From: Wickerhamiella versatilis
Lineage: Eukaryota
DNA: 64,000 nucleotides
Direction: 5' to 3'
NCBI GenBank assembly: GCA_030867685.1
Contig: JAQOWU010000003.1
Span: forward strand, 1,240,001 to 1,304,000
A model generated the notes under the pieces. The model was not told the origin of the DNA. It did no database searches and saw only the letters and a program-made list of their open reading frames with translations. The translations under genes were made by a program, and so were the position numbers. This document shows positions 41,619 through 53,018 of the stretch, in pieces. Within the stretch, counting starts at the first letter, position 1; the number at the start of each line of letters is the position of its first letter.

Positions 41619-44135
41619 TCATGAGTACGTAACTAAATCAGATTCGAGAGCCTGAAGGACTTCGGATATCGCACCCACAAGGGGGCAATGCGCAAGATGT
41701 AAAAGCTTTTCGACGACCTGCAATGCGCTAGATGCAAGTGAACCTAGCTCGGAATCGTCCACATGAAGCACCCGGGATATGAGTTTGGTTGATCTTTGTA
41801 CCAATTCGTGCTCAGTTTGGGTGGAGGGACCATCAATCAACAACATATGAACTTGAGAAAGGACAAGACCCGAATCAACTAATGCAATTAATGACGGAAA
41901 AAACAAAGTTGGCGACTTAACGTGCTTATCGCACCAGGTCAGGGTGTCTATTGCGTAGCTACCCGCCGTCAAAATTCCATCCGGGTTGACCTGTCTCAGT
42001 CTATTCAATTCCGAAATTATGGCCTGCACATTGCCGGAAGAAACTGCAGCATTAATAGGACCCCATTTGACTGCTGACAACGATGCCGCCAGGGATACCA
42101 GTGGAACACAGTCGCTCATAAGCGGTCCAAATTGGGAGGTGGGTTCAAAAGAGGCAAGAGGACTACAGCTCCATGTGGTCTCCCATGCACAGAGTGCTGC
42201 CGAGCTGGGGTAATTACCAGACGCAGCACCTCCAAGTAGCAGCAACAGCAAGCTCTGTAACACAAACTGCGGGACGCGGTCTATCAACGGCTTACCTGCG
42301 CGCAGCATAGCCATGCAACGCCCCATATCAGTTGTTCCTTGATAGCATGCAACGGGTGAGATATTGTTCGTCTCCACAGCCAAGTACCATTCTTCTGCTG
42401 TAGGGGCTGCCCATAAACTTTCCTCACATGGGGAGCCCGCTCCCGACAATGTTTCGAGCGAAATAATGGATGATCTACCTAGCATGACACTTAGCCAAAC
42501 GCCAACAGCGTGTAAGGAGTACAGAGCCCGCACTCGACTCTGGGAAGCGATGAAGTAGACCCACTTCTCCTCCACGGATGACATGGGGCCTGGTGGATTG
42601 CCCAACGCAAATTGTGGTAAAAGATGCAATCCAAGGGCCTTCGTGTCACGCGCAAGATGTTCAAGGCGCATGACCGCTGCGTCGACCTCACTCTTTTCAG
42701 AGTGGAAAAGACCCAGGATGGCAAGTAGGAGTTCAACTTGGAATTCGACCAGCGAGTCCACCCTGTGCGGTGCCAGGTCCTTTGCCCGACTGTAAAAGCA
42801 CATGGCATTGTCTATCTCACCTAGCGCAAGCGCGCCCAAGGCCATCTGCACTAATGCTAAAGGACTTTCCTTTATACCTTCTGTTGTGGTGTGAACGAAT
42901 GGTAAGTGGCCACTGAAAGACGAATAAAATGCTCTGATATAAGTCGGAGACTCTGGGGGTTCTGGACTTTCGAAGGCTACAGAGCCCGCGGAGCCAACCG
43001 AGCCAACCGACGTGCCCGAGGCTCCTGAAAATCCGGAATCAGTCCAATCCTTGTACAGGTCAGGTTGCGGCTCATGTTCCTGGACAGGAACACCGGCATC
43101 AAGTTCAACATACTTGAGGAAGTCGTCTGTATAATTCTCCTGTGGCAATTCATCGGGCGAACCTCCCAGCCCAGAACGGGACCCAGTACGGGGCCGACCA
43201 TCGGGGAGTGCTTGGACATGCGAGGGCCTTGGGGAACTTCGCCATGGGGAGGGCGCTCCTTGCATTCCAGGGGAGTCAAAATTCAAATCTTGTTCTAGAA
43301 GCTGTGGGTTTATGCCAAAGGCATCAGGGGGAATTCGTAAATCCAAAAAGTCTGGGGACTGTGAGGGCTCTTCAGGATAGTTCTGCGGGGTTGCAAAGGT
43401 CACATCCGTCGGATATCGTATACTATCCCACCCCTCATTGAAAAAGGCTTCATCCTTGACTGTGGCGTAAGAGTTTGGCTTTGCGGCAGAGAATGAATTT
43501 GCTCGAGATGATCGTGTCGATTGTGCAGCCAATTCTTGCCGCCGTTTAGTATTATCAGAAACTTGATGAGGATTAGGATACGACTGGTGCCCTTGCTCCA
43601 GGCCTGATTGTAGGCCATCCATCCAGGGAATAGTGGGTTGACCTAGCAGGGGAAATGGTTCTGAGGGTCCCTGTTGCCATTGGGGTACAGGAGTATGTGC
43701 AGACGGTGCGGTGGTGGCAGCATGAACGGAGGGTGGAACATTGACTGATTGTTCACCAACGGTATCGTAGGATGCTGCTGCTGCTGCTTGTTGCGTGGAA
43801 TCACCTAAGGATACCGGTGCAGGCGTGGCATTAGACCGGGAACGCTTGCGGCGAGGGCTGCCTTGGTCCTCGAGTTTCTTGTTCACAGGGAAGGCTGCAT
43901 GAAGCTTCTGACGATGACGCAACAGAAGGTCGCGTCGTGCAAAACTCCTCTCGCATACTGGGCACTGGAATGGCTTCTCCTTCGTGTGACTTCTTTCGTG
44001 TCGTTTCAGGTGCTCCAATCGGGCAAAGCTACGGGTGCAGGTCGTGCATGTGAATGGCCGTGGCTTATCTGTTTTTATCAGCATCGACTTAGGAGGAATA
44101 GGCTCCGTCCCCGCTGATGCAGAGCGGTCAGCCAT
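41619..44135 (-). CDS. Adr1/Mxr1/AmdX-family C2H2 transcription factor with C-terminal fungal TF domain
   Basis: KPRPFTC-x2[27 protein letters not shown]2-C...RRDLLLRH, an RANSFSA site, HLPFVH and [10 protein letters not shown]. First ATG is at 44135. Confidence 0.9.
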   Translation of the reverse strand: MADRSASAGTEPIPPKSMLIKTDKPRPFTCTTCTRSFARLEHLKRHERSHTKEKPFQCPVCERSFARRDLLLRHRQKLHAAFPVNKKLEDQGSPRRKRSRSNATPAPVSLGDSTQQAAAAASYDTVGEQSVNVPPSVHAATTAPSAHTPVPQWQQGPSEPFPLLGQPTIPWMDGLQSGLEQGHQSYPNPHQVSDNTKRRQELAAQSTRSSRANSFSAAKPNSYATVKDEAFFNEGWDSIRYPTDVTFATPQNYPEEPSQSPDFLDLRIPPDAFGINPQLLEQDLNFDSPGMQGAPSPWRSSPRPSHVQALPDGRPRTGSRSGLGGSPDELPQENYTDDFLKYVELDAGVPVQEHEPQPDLYKDWTDSGFSGASGTSVGSVGSAGSVAFESPEPPESPTYIRAFYSSFSGHLPFVHTTTEGIKESPLALVQMALGALALGEIDNAMCFYSRAKDLAPHRVDSLVEFQVELLLAILGLFHSEKSEVDAAVMRLEHLARDTKALGLHLLPQFALGNPPGPMSSVEEKWVYFIASQSRVRALYSLHAVGVWLSVMLGRSSIISLETLSGAGSPCEESLWAAPTAEEWYLAVETNNISPVACYQGTTDMGRCMAMLRAGKPLIDRVPQFVLQSLLLLLLGGAASGNYPSSAALCAWETTWSCSPLASFEPTSQFGPLMSDCVPLVSLAASLSAVKWGPINAAVSSGNVQAIISELNRLRQVNPDGILTAGSYAIDTLTWCDKHVKSPTLFFPSLIALVDSGLVLSQVHMLLIDGPSTQTEHELVQRSTKLISRVLHVDDSELGSLASSALQVVEKLLHLAHCPLVGAISEVLQALESDLVTYS

Positions 44136-45177
44136 GGTAAGAAAAATGTAGCAGGTGTGTCGCTGTTTGTTTGTCAGCGGGAAATTCAGTAGATGCGTCC
44201 CCAAGGGTAGTCCTGCTACAGTGGTAAGGGGAAAACCTTCTGGTGTTTTTTCCGCGTCAAAATATACAGAATTTAATACTTTAGACTGGGGTTATTTCCC
44301 CCACACATAATTAGACGCTGCATACGGCATGCTGCATTATTTTTCACCAAGATGTTCCGCGGCTACTTGATGACGTCATGCTGTGGCTCATCGAACTAGG
44401 GGCCGTCTCTGACCATTGACAGCCCTAAGAGCTTACCAGACGAGTTTTATATATCTGTATCATGTACAAGAGGCTCAAATATTCTGCAAATCTCACCAGA
44501 TAATTCCGTTTTAAGCTTTGCAGGAGGTGGTAGATTTGTCACCCCCGCATTTTTGCATACTTTTCCAGTGACTATTATAGATATTAGCAACTAAGCAGCC
44601 ATAATCTGGGGATATTGACTATTTTTACACTGGTTCGTTTTAGGATCGAGACTCCTCGAGTCACTAAACATACCAGGACGAGCCACGATCCACGGTCCTG
44701 CGACGATCCCGGGCAAAGATGTCGGTGATTTGGATTAATGCGGGCTAGGGTTTTATAGCTGTCGGTTCCCGGAAGACCGCGGACCGTTGAGGTAGATGTA
44801 CCCACCCTCGACTTCCTCCACACGATGACATACTGTTGGGACGTTGACATTCTTGTAGATGTAATGAAATAAAAGGCAGCTTATTGGCAGGCAATCATCC
44901 GACGCAATTATCTTTCAATTCTGAATGCTAGCTGTTGGTAAGTGCAAAAAAAGAAACGGAAATTAAACAAGCAGTCATTGGATGATTTCAAGATAACAGC
45001 GAACTGCCTGAAATTGTAAATCACAAGTGATATGAGAAGTGAGCAGCATGCACAGGGATATTTAAAACCAATTTATGACGCTTTGTAGGGACTGTGTACT
45101 CTACCTGTCCAGCTTTCATCCCATGGTTATGGTGTGTTGTGCCGTGCAATTTTATACTGTGGTTTGCAGTACACTTC

Positions 45178-45951
45178 TCATCCGAGACGATCGTAAACTT
45201 GGCCATCCACGTTACCTTGTCTAACTACCTGGAGCATGTCACTCATCGTATTCACAACGTCCACGAGCATTCGACGATCAATGCCCTCACGAACATACCA
45301 ACGTTCACCATCCACGTCAGGAACAGGTACCCGTAGATACTTAGATGCCCAGTAGACCGCACTGGCTGCGATTTGGGGCGGTTGGTAAACGAGAACCAGC
45401 ATAGTTCTGCACGAATCGTTTATAAATGTTGTGGCCATCTGGCCAAAGTCAGGCACCCGGGACATGCTGTAAGTTTTAAGAAGTCGCGCCAGCGCGTCAT
45501 ATGGTGAGGGTATTGACAGGTCGAAGAACAGTCCCTCAAGAAGCATTTCCTCAGTGTATGCTACAGTTTCGGCCCATTTTGCCACGTCAGGATGGTTCTC
45601 GGGCAGCTGGGAGTGTGCTGCAGTTCGTGCTGCTGCAAGGGCGACATCCTTCAGGGGCCGGGGAGTCTCCTCTGTCTTTGAGGCCAAAAGTACACAGGCC
45701 GCAGCAGTATCATACTGATGTACATGCCGCAAACTATACCGAACGTAAAATCGGTGTAGGAACGTTGCAGCGGCGAAAATGGTCTGGGCCGGCAGCTTGA
45801 GCTGCTGGCACATCTGGACTACAAATTTCACCCCCTTAGCATGCTTGATCATCTCCTCCTCAAACGGTACTCCTTGACGACAACTTGGCAGAACCTGGGG
45901 CAGCTTTCTGAATGGAAAAGTCCATCTCGGAGAGTGCTTCAGCTTCTCCAT
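45178..45951 (-). CDS. transcriptional cyclin (cyclin T/K; Bur2/Ctk2/Pch1-like)
   Basis: LKLPAQTIFAAATFLHRFY, LLASKTEETPR and EEMLLEGL-x-FDL cyclin-box motifs. Confidence 0.88.
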   Translation of the reverse strand: MEKLKHSPRWTFPFRKLPQVLPSCRQGVPFEEEMIKHAKGVKFVVQMCQQLKLPAQTIFAAATFLHRFYVRYSLRHVHQYDTAAACVLLASKTEETPRPLKDVALAAARTAAHSQLPENHPDVAKWAETVAYTEEMLLEGLFFDLSIPSPYDALARLLKTYSMSRVPDFGQMATTFINDSCRTMLVLVYQPPQIAASAVYWASKYLRVPVPDVDGERWYVREGIDRRMLVDVVNTMSDMLQVVRQGNVDGQVYDRLG

Positions 45952-46303
45952 GGCTAGCCGGCTGACGCAGCTTAGGCACTAAGCGTGTGAGCTCGAAGTC
46001 AAGATGCAAGCCCTGGTGTCACTATGACTTTAGAAATAGCATCTTTAATCATTTTCAAGCAGTCACATGGGCTCATATATATGTATTATATCACAAGCTT
46101 TCCTGAAGCACACTAATAATGAATCGGTTGGGCTAACCACCTCCCAACGGGAAGGAAAGATATCAGCCCCCAAGGGCCCTAGTAACCCATAACCTTGAGA
46201 CAAGAAGTTTTTGCTTAAACTTCGGATATAGTCCCATCTCCAAACCCCTCTTTCTCAAGCATTACAGCGTGGTCAAGGGTTGTTCTAATTTCCCCACTTC
46301 ACT

Positions 46304-47095
46304 ATGTTCAATGTGAAAGGAAAAGTAGCTGTTATCACCGGAGGATCACGAGGCCTGGGTTTAGCCATTGGCCGTGAGTTCCTCATAGCTGGGGCCGACA
46401 AGGTGGTGCTTGTATCGCGCAAACAGGATGCCTGTGATAAGGCCGCAGCCGAATTGAATAACGAGCATCTCGGCAGTGGCCGAGCGGATGGCCTTGGTGT
46501 AGATTTGGGAGCTCCTGACGGTGGCAAGAAGCTCAAGGAATCTCTCACAAATAAGCTGGGTCTCACAAAATTAGATATACTGGTGGCAAATGCTGGTGCC
46601 ACTTGGGGGGCAGATTTCGCCTCTCACCCCTCGGGAGCAATTGACAAGGTGCTTAATTTGAATATCCGTGGTGTATTCCTCAGCATACAGGCTCTCGAGC
46701 CAATGCTCGCTGCATCAGGTACAAATGAAGATCCGTCCCGAGTTATTATAACTGGATCGGTCGCGGGTCTTCGTGCTGGACTGAGTGGGGGTACATATGG
46801 GTATCTCGCGTCCAAAGCAGCGGTTCATCACCTAGCCAAGTCACTCTCCGTGGAATTGGGTCCGGAAAAGATCACTGTTAACGTTATCGCACCAGGATTT
46901 GTTCCCACGAAGATGTCAAACGGCCTATTGGAGGTAATTGGTGACGAAATGAGAGATAGCACTCCGCTAAGACGTTTAGGAAAGCCGGAGGATGTCGGCT
47001 TTGCCGCCGTATATTTATGCTCTCCAGCTGCGTCCTTCGTGAACGGAGTCGTGCTCCCTGTGGACGGTGGCATCCACCTGGCTGGTCGTTTGTGA
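46304..47095 (+). CDS. short-chain dehydrogenase/reductase (RhlG-like), possibly peroxisomal
   Basis: TGGSRGLG, ANAGATWG, Y-x3-K (YLASK) and VDGG; C-terminal GRL resembles a PTS1. Confidence 0.9.
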   Translation: MFNVKGKVAVITGGSRGLGLAIGREFLIAGADKVVLVSRKQDACDKAAAELNNEHLGSGRADGLGVDLGAPDGGKKLKESLTNKLGLTKLDILVANAGATWGADFASHPSGAIDKVLNLNIRGVFLSIQALEPMLAASGTNEDPSRVIITGSVAGLRAGLSGGTYGYLASKAAVHHLAKSLSVELGPEKITVNVIAPGFVPTKMSNGLLEVIGDEMRDSTPLRRLGKPEDVGFAAVYLCSPAASFVNGVVLPVDGGIHLAGRL

Positions 47096-47202
47096 CGGGA
47101 ATGATTTCTGTGGTTTAAGTTTAACGTTAGATAGTATCACTTGGCAGAACAAAGTAAAAAAACGTTTGCCGAAGTTATAAAGTCATTAGAACAATTGCTA
47201 TG

Positions 47203-48501
47203 CTATACCTTGGTGGTATTATAAGACCCACACACGCAACACTTGAGCCCTGCAAGGTGGTACGCAGCTCGAGACTTTGAGCGACAGTCCCTACACCGAA
47301 TTGGGACTGTTTTGTTTTGATACTCCGGTGGAAGCTGTTCGTTCGCACACTCCTCATCAATTGCTCGTGTCAATGCGGACGTCTGGATAACACTGCGTCC
47401 ACATAACGGGCAGCGATAGGATGTCTCGGTGTATATGTCAAAACACTCTTTATGGATCGGATGTCCGCAGCGCATGAACATCACGGGATATGTGGAATTG
47501 AACATATCCTCCAGACAGATGGGACAGCCTTGGTGTGTGGAGTTTGGAATGCACTGATGATGGTCTTGCAAATTTAAATCCATGCAAACGTTACAGGTTT
47601 GGCAGTGGAAGACATCGATGCCTAACCCGAGGCCCTGCCTACATATTCCGCAATCATCGCAGTGAAATATAGGCTTTTCGGCATCGTCACTCCACATTTT
47701 ACATACATCACAATAATAACCCGCCATCTGTTCCTTACAGAAACGGCAGTTCTGGGCCGCGGGCTGTGCTCTTAGGCAAATCATGCATAACATGTGTTTT
47801 GTGGCGTGTCGACATAGTTCATGCTCTTCGTTTTCGTCATGACATAGTCTGCAAGGATAGAACTTCAGACAGTCTGCGCACCGTACCTTGCAGTTGCGCA
47901 GATAATGCATACAGCCCAAGTCACCATCAATTGCTAAGGAAGGTTCCTTATCCTGCTCGCTAACGGGAATTGTGGATTCATCGAAACCGTCATCCACGGC
48001 CTCAGGCTCAGTTTCGACTAACTGCGCCGGCAGGGATGGCAGATGCCAATTCGACGCAAGCGGTAACGACGGAATAGAGGGCATTGAAGGAAGCATAAAG
48101 GGCATGGAGGGCAGATGCGGAAAATACCAACCGGCTGGCGCAAATGCAAGCTTCGCCATTAGATCCCCGGGATGCGGTGACCTTTCCGTTATGACCTGGG
48201 AGGCATTCCGAAGTGTCCAGTTGAGTCGATGTAAACTGGGCAGACGCCCGATATCGCTAAGATCCGATGAAGATCTTGTACGAGTCAACTCCGGACCTTC
48301 ATCATCAGTATTTTCACTGGAAAGATTCTCCTCAGTCTCGTCAGGTAACTCTCCCTCCTCCTCCAAATCATCAACCGTACTAAGTGTCAGTGACATCAAA
48401 GTGCGACAAAGTGCCTGAAAGAAGGGCATATGTTCCAGCTCCTCCGCAATGCTGTTTGGACCGAAAGCGTCCTCCTCATCGCCACCAGATGCCCATTCCA
48501 T
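47203..48501 (-). CDS. CHY zinc finger / RING-H2 ubiquitin ligase (Pirh2/RCHY1-like)
   Basis: GCMHY...CRLCHD, CPICLEDMF...CGHPIH-x2-C...YRCPLC and a terminal C-x2-CGSYNT. Confidence 0.92.
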   Translation of the reverse strand: MEWASGGDEEDAFGPNSIAEELEHMPFFQALCRTLMSLTLSTVDDLEEEGELPDETEENLSSENTDDEGPELTRTRSSSDLSDIGRLPSLHRLNWTLRNASQVITERSPHPGDLMAKLAFAPAGWYFPHLPSMPFMLPSMPSIPSLPLASNWHLPSLPAQLVETEPEAVDDGFDESTIPVSEQDKEPSLAIDGDLGCMHYLRNCKVRCADCLKFYPCRLCHDENEEHELCRHATKHMLCMICLRAQPAAQNCRFCKEQMAGYYCDVCKMWSDDAEKPIFHCDDCGICRQGLGLGIDVFHCQTCNVCMDLNLQDHHQCIPNSTHQGCPICLEDMFNSTYPVMFMRCGHPIHKECFDIYTETSYRCPLCGRSVIQTSALTRAIDEECANEQLPPEYQNKTVPIRCRDCRSKSRAAYHLAGLKCCVCGSYNTTKV

Positions 48502-48853
48502 GTATGTATGATGTCAGACAATTGTCATCAGGAAATAGACATTTTTCATTGAAAAAAAAAGAATCATTAGAAGCCGTTCCATCAATGCCATTTCTCCAAA
48601 TCGAAGAAGAGAAATCGTTCTGCTGCTGCACAGAAAAATAGTTCTTGCATGCTCGGGGATCAAGTCAAGATGTCATCAGGGTTCCCCTAAATTTCCTAAA
48701 TACCAATTGATGCCAGAAGCGAGGCAGTTAGGCTAGGAAGCCCCTTTTTACACAAAGGGCAAATGAACTTAGCATTAGAATCCAATATATATATGGGCTA
48801 GGGAAAGTACGCCTAACACCCGTTGCGTCTCTGGGATCTGGCCTGTCAAAGCA

Positions 48854-49870
48854 ATGACACTACACAGCCGAGTGATTGGGTATTTAACACGCTGGTCGCC
48901 ACTCCGTATCCGGGAAGTAAAAATTGGTGACAAAATTAACTCTAATGACGTTGTCCTAAAACTATCGCATATCGGCTTGAATCCAATAGATATCAAGCTC
49001 AAAAGCGTGTCGTTCCTCCCCATGCATTGGACTATAGGCAAGGACTTTTGTGGTGTGGTGGAATCCACGGGGCGTGACACAGGGTTCAAAGTTGGAGACC
49101 GCGTTTGTGGAGGACTCGTCAGTCCTTTCAATGGATTTGTTGGGACGAGAGCATTGCTGAATGCAAAGATACATCCAGTTCTGCATGCGCCCCCAACTCT
49201 AACCAACGAAGAGGCCTGCGCGTTCCCATTAACATTCGGGACGGCCTGGAAGCTGGTGAAAAGTGCCAATATCTCCCCAGAGCAACCGGTGCTCGTCCTA
49301 GGAGGGGCCACAAATGTCGGAACCTATGCTATACAACTACTCAAGTGGTATGGGGTAAAAAGAGTCATTGCTACATGCTCTGAACGCAGTAAGGAGCTTG
49401 TGAAAAGCCTAGGTGCGGAGACAGTCGATTACAAGTCTAAGAATTTCCAGCAGGACCTGATTCAGAGCATTTCCCCTGCAAAGTTCGGAGCTATTATAGA
49501 CACAGTTGGAGGTATGGATGCATTGAATATATGGCCTAAGATTTTGCTTCCTGCTGCAGAGGGTGGTGTCTATGCCACAATCGCAGGCGACATGGCCCCA
49601 GGTAACACATATGCAGAGTCTATGATTGCCCCAACATTGAGAGCACCCTGGATCATCTCTCGACTGCTCTTTGGCCGACTTTGGGGTCTCAACTATAAAC
49701 TGGTGCAAATGGGGAATGGTGAATGGGTAAACGAAGCACCAAGATTTTTCTGCAAATCTGGAGTGGTTGTTCCCATAGACTCAATTACAAAATTCGATGA
49801 CTACCAAGTAGCTTGGGATCGACTCAATAGCCTTCAGGCTCGAGGCAAGGTACTTCTGTCCACCAGCTAG
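48854..49870 (+). CDS. YIM1: medium-chain reductase, Yim1-like
   Basis: GLNPIDIK, IGKDFCGVV, VLVLGGATNVG-x2-AIQL and ARGKV. Symbol tentative. Confidence 0.7.
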   Translation: MTLHSRVIGYLTRWSPLRIREVKIGDKINSNDVVLKLSHIGLNPIDIKLKSVSFLPMHWTIGKDFCGVVESTGRDTGFKVGDRVCGGLVSPFNGFVGTRALLNAKIHPVLHAPPTLTNEEACAFPLTFGTAWKLVKSANISPEQPVLVLGGATNVGTYAIQLLKWYGVKRVIATCSERSKELVKSLGAETVDYKSKNFQQDLIQSISPAKFGAIIDTVGGMDALNIWPKILLPAAEGGVYATIAGDMAPGNTYAESMIAPTLRAPWIISRLLFGRLWGLNYKLVQMGNGEWVNEAPRFFCKSGVVVPIDSITKFDDYQVAWDRLNSLQARGKVLLSTS

Positions 49871-49910
49871 AGAGAGAAGCAGGGAGTGACAGAGACAGAG
49901 AGATAGAGAG
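49869..49910 (+). repeat. GA-rich purine tract filling an intergenic gap
   Basis: AGAGAGAGAAGCAGGGAGTGACAGAGACAGAGAGATAGAGAG. Confidence 0.75.
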
Positions 49911-49912
49911 CT

Positions 49913-50293
49913 ATGTCAGCGCCTGCCGAAGTACGCTGGGCCTATCGGTCACTTTTGCGTTACGGCAAGGCAGCTGTAGGCTATCAGTATCCTCAAGTAC
50001 TTGTGGTAAGAAATTATCTACGGCGTCGATTCAGAGACAGCCAAAAAGGGTACAATGTGGATGCTTTGCAGAATACTGTGAAGTTCGTGAAGGCGGCAGC
50101 GGATTGGACGGGCTTAGAGCGACGTTGCATAGCTACAATGGTCCACTATGAACACTCAATGTATGAACGTGAAAAGTCCAAACAGTCTGGAAGAGCGAGG
50201 TACATGAAGCAGGCACCGTACGCTGACTTCGACACGACTTGGTATAACGAAATACTTGAATCATTAAACACGTCTATGAACCTATTACTCTAG
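49913..50293 (+). CDS. small basic LYR-like mitochondrial protein (DUF1763/Irc19-like)
   Basis: AYRSLLR-x-G-x2-AV-x-Y...R-x2-LRRRFR start; ends LN-x-SM-x-L-x-L. Confidence 0.65.
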   Translation: MSAPAEVRWAYRSLLRYGKAAVGYQYPQVLVVRNYLRRRFRDSQKGYNVDALQNTVKFVKAAADWTGLERRCIATMVHYEHSMYEREKSKQSGRARYMKQAPYADFDTTWYNEILESLNTSMNLLL

Positions 50294-50304
50294 AAAGGTA
50301 TAAT

Positions 50305-51426
50305 TTAAACACCCTTGTCATTAAGCACATTTTTAACTGGCTCCGACTCGAGGTAAAGCTTGTTCTCATAGATATAACGAATAACACTTGACGGGGCGAG
50401 ATACTGGACACTCATGTTACGTCTGATAAAGAGCCGTACCTTCGTAGAAGAAATATCATTGTATATCAGCTGCTTGATCACCAACACATTATGCCTGTGC
50501 TCGTACATTATATCGTGGCTGAGTATAAAGCTACGAACATCAGACCCTGTGCGCTCGACGATCATACAACCATACCGGCCCAAAATATGGTGGAGATCAT
50601 CATCAAGCCATACATTTGGCTCGCCCATGGACTCTATCAAATCCCCACCGGCAAGAAGCATGATCTTAACTCCTCGACGGCTACCGCTGCGTGTCTTAAT
50701 ACCACGTCTCTTAATGTTGATTTCAGTGTTAAAGTGGTCAAGAACGGTTGCAGTACGCTGGTATGCGGGTTGTAAGCTTTCCCATGCATCCACCATCAGC
50801 CAAGAAGAGGTCCGTTCACAAGCAAGTTCGCACATTCGGACCCGGTGAATAGCCCGGGCAAGCCCAGACTTTTTGTAGTGATCGCTAACCGGCGAGAAAA
50901 ATCCACCAATAACTTCAAACCGGGTCTGCTCCCGTACGGCATCAAGAGCCATTTCAAACATACGTAGATGCAAATAAGTTATCGGGCTGAAACTACCGCA
51001 AGCCACAAGGACCAGAGGACTCTTCGTCTCATCCTTCATCTCAGTGGCTAGACGATGCTGGGGGAAGAAATACTCCTCCAATACCTGAGCTTGTCGCTTT
51101 ATATTGTTGGGAACCTCCTCCAGACTGGCATTCATCGTGTACTGAGGCTCATGCACCTCTGGTACCACAAATGTGTGATGAGATTCTTGTGGTGCTGGCG
51201 GTATCCCCCTAGGGACTTCACTGACAGGTGAATTGCGCCCACTACTGGGGTCTTCATTCTCAGAATCATCTATTCCATTATCAGTAGAAAGCAGCTCTGG
51301 ATCCATCTCCATCAAGGAAGTAATTGGACCATTGTCAGGTATATTACTGTCACTCAAATAGCGCTCACGGAAGTCTGCAGGGAGATCACTTGGAGGAACA
51401 AAGTCAGGATTTTTCTTCGGATCCAT
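50305..51426 (-). CDS. NMA1: nicotinamide mononucleotide adenylyltransferase
   Basis: MDPKK-x-PDF start, CGSFSPITYLHLRMFE and YNDISSTKVRLFIRR. Confidence 0.96.
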   Translation of the reverse strand: MDPKKNPDFVPPSDLPADFRERYLSDSNIPDNGPITSLMEMDPELLSTDNGIDDSENEDPSSGRNSPVSEVPRGIPPAPQESHHTFVVPEVHEPQYTMNASLEEVPNNIKRQAQVLEEYFFPQHRLATEMKDETKSPLVLVACGSFSPITYLHLRMFEMALDAVREQTRFEVIGGFFSPVSDHYKKSGLARAIHRVRMCELACERTSSWLMVDAWESLQPAYQRTATVLDHFNTEINIKRRGIKTRSGSRRGVKIMLLAGGDLIESMGEPNVWLDDDLHHILGRYGCMIVERTGSDVRSFILSHDIMYEHRHNVLVIKQLIYNDISSTKVRLFIRRNMSVQYLAPSSVIRYIYENKLYLESEPVKNVLNDKGV

Positions 51427-51769
51427 TGCACCATTACTAAACTGCACCACTCTCAAGATCTCAGCAATAAGTTAACAATAAGTTAACTAATTTTGCCAAT
51501 TTAGAGTTGAGCATATTCTCATATGTTGAAACATTGATTCAATAAAATATCGAAAACAGCAACATTAAGGTTCTTAATCCATGGTCTAATCGCATGTCTC
51601 GCGGATCTAAAAATAGAGTTCCAGAACCTCGATGCCTTCAGTTTCTCTGGGCCAATTCAAGCGTACTCCTAGTGGTTTATCTTTTGTTTCTTTTCCTCAC
51701 ACGGAATTGGCAGAATGACAGCTAGCGTCATCAAGCTTCTTTGTATCCTACAAATATACGAGACTAGGT

Positions 51770-52183
51770 CTAGTGGTGTTCCTTATAGCCATAGATATGG
51801 CGACGGCCAATAATTTCACCAAGTGCAAACAAACCAAGAAGCTGCACGATGGCGGCACCGCCTGCAATATAGTCTTTACTAGACCACGAGAACACTTTAG
51901 CCTGCAGAGCTTTCGGGTCCTTTGAAGACTCGACTGCCTTCTCAAAAAGAGCCTTTGCATCAGTCGTGAATGTACGTTGAACCTGCTGAAGTGTAGGGGG
52001 GCTCATCTGCTCGTGCACCCACACGTACTTGAGCAGTTCACCAGTGACCTTTGTGTAATAGATAGAGGTGTTCAGTGCACACTGGGCCTTTTCAGTGAGA
52101 CCAGCAATAGTGCTGGGCTTGCTGCTTGACGAATTAAACCGCACTTGGGAGCGCAAAACCTGCCTCTGAGCTAGACGAAACAT
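51770..52183 (-). CDS. ATP20: mitochondrial ATP synthase subunit g
   Basis: Presequence, YYTKVTGEL...MSPP and C-terminal F-x2-GEIIGRR-x3-GY. Confidence 0.95.
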   Translation of the reverse strand: MFRLAQRQVLRSQVRFNSSSSKPSTIAGLTEKAQCALNTSIYYTKVTGELLKYVWVHEQMSPPTLQQVQRTFTTDAKALFEKAVESSKDPKALQAKVFSWSSKDYIAGGAAIVQLLGLFALGEIIGRRHIYGYKEHH

Positions 52184-53018
52184 GTCTGGTCCTCGGTAAA
52201 TTTCAAATTAGTAATATGTCCTGAGCACCAATGAGAGCCTCGGCTGAAGCCTCGAAGACCGTTTTCGAAATTTGGCAGGGAAATAAAAAAGCAGATTTGC
52301 AGCGAGTATTTTTATGTATCCAATAATTACGTATTGTAAATGATGGGGGTTTACTTAGACCTACGAGACAATATTTTGGAGCATACTGCAAGTAAACAGT
52401 CCAAGGATAGTCTTATATATGGAGACGTTTAAGCCATATCGCCCACACCTAAATGACTTTGAAGGACTCTTATCATGCTAGAAGATACCTCAACAACTAG
52501 GTCTTACGTACAGTGAACTGGATAAGAATGGGTTTTTAATACTACTCCCGGTCTTCACGAATTGAACACGATTTAAATGTGGCAGTGTAATACGATCTCA
52601 AACTAGCTTATCTTAATATCTTTGTGTGGGTCTTCAAACCAAGAGAGATATAAAGTGCTGACAAATTTATCCACGAATTGCTGATAGAGGCTGTCCTAAT
52701 CGCATGATTTCATCAGAGAGAGAGAAGTAGACTAAAATCTTATGTATTGATGGCTCCTGCAGTTGCTGTTAGGCGTAACGCATCTTTCTTTGTATCACAA
52801 TTATCTCTCTTTTGCTCTACTTGCAGTGCTTAACCTTTTCTTTTTCTTACATATAATCATGGCTTACAGGGTACTAAATCTCCTGCTACTTAAAAATATT
52901 GCTTTTGCTTAATTGTAGACTCGACAACCATAGTCCAATGACTTCTGGCGTAATTCGTGAAAGATAGGTTCCGTTCGAGCAACATAGGCTTTGTCATCAT
53001 CAGTAGCCTAGCCAAGAG

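Noticed and set aside
46304-47095. RhlG-like SDR as a second bacterial transfer
   Set aside because: This subfamily is widespread in fungi and the PTS1-like tail fits a native gene; nothing in the sequence supports transfer without a phylogeny.
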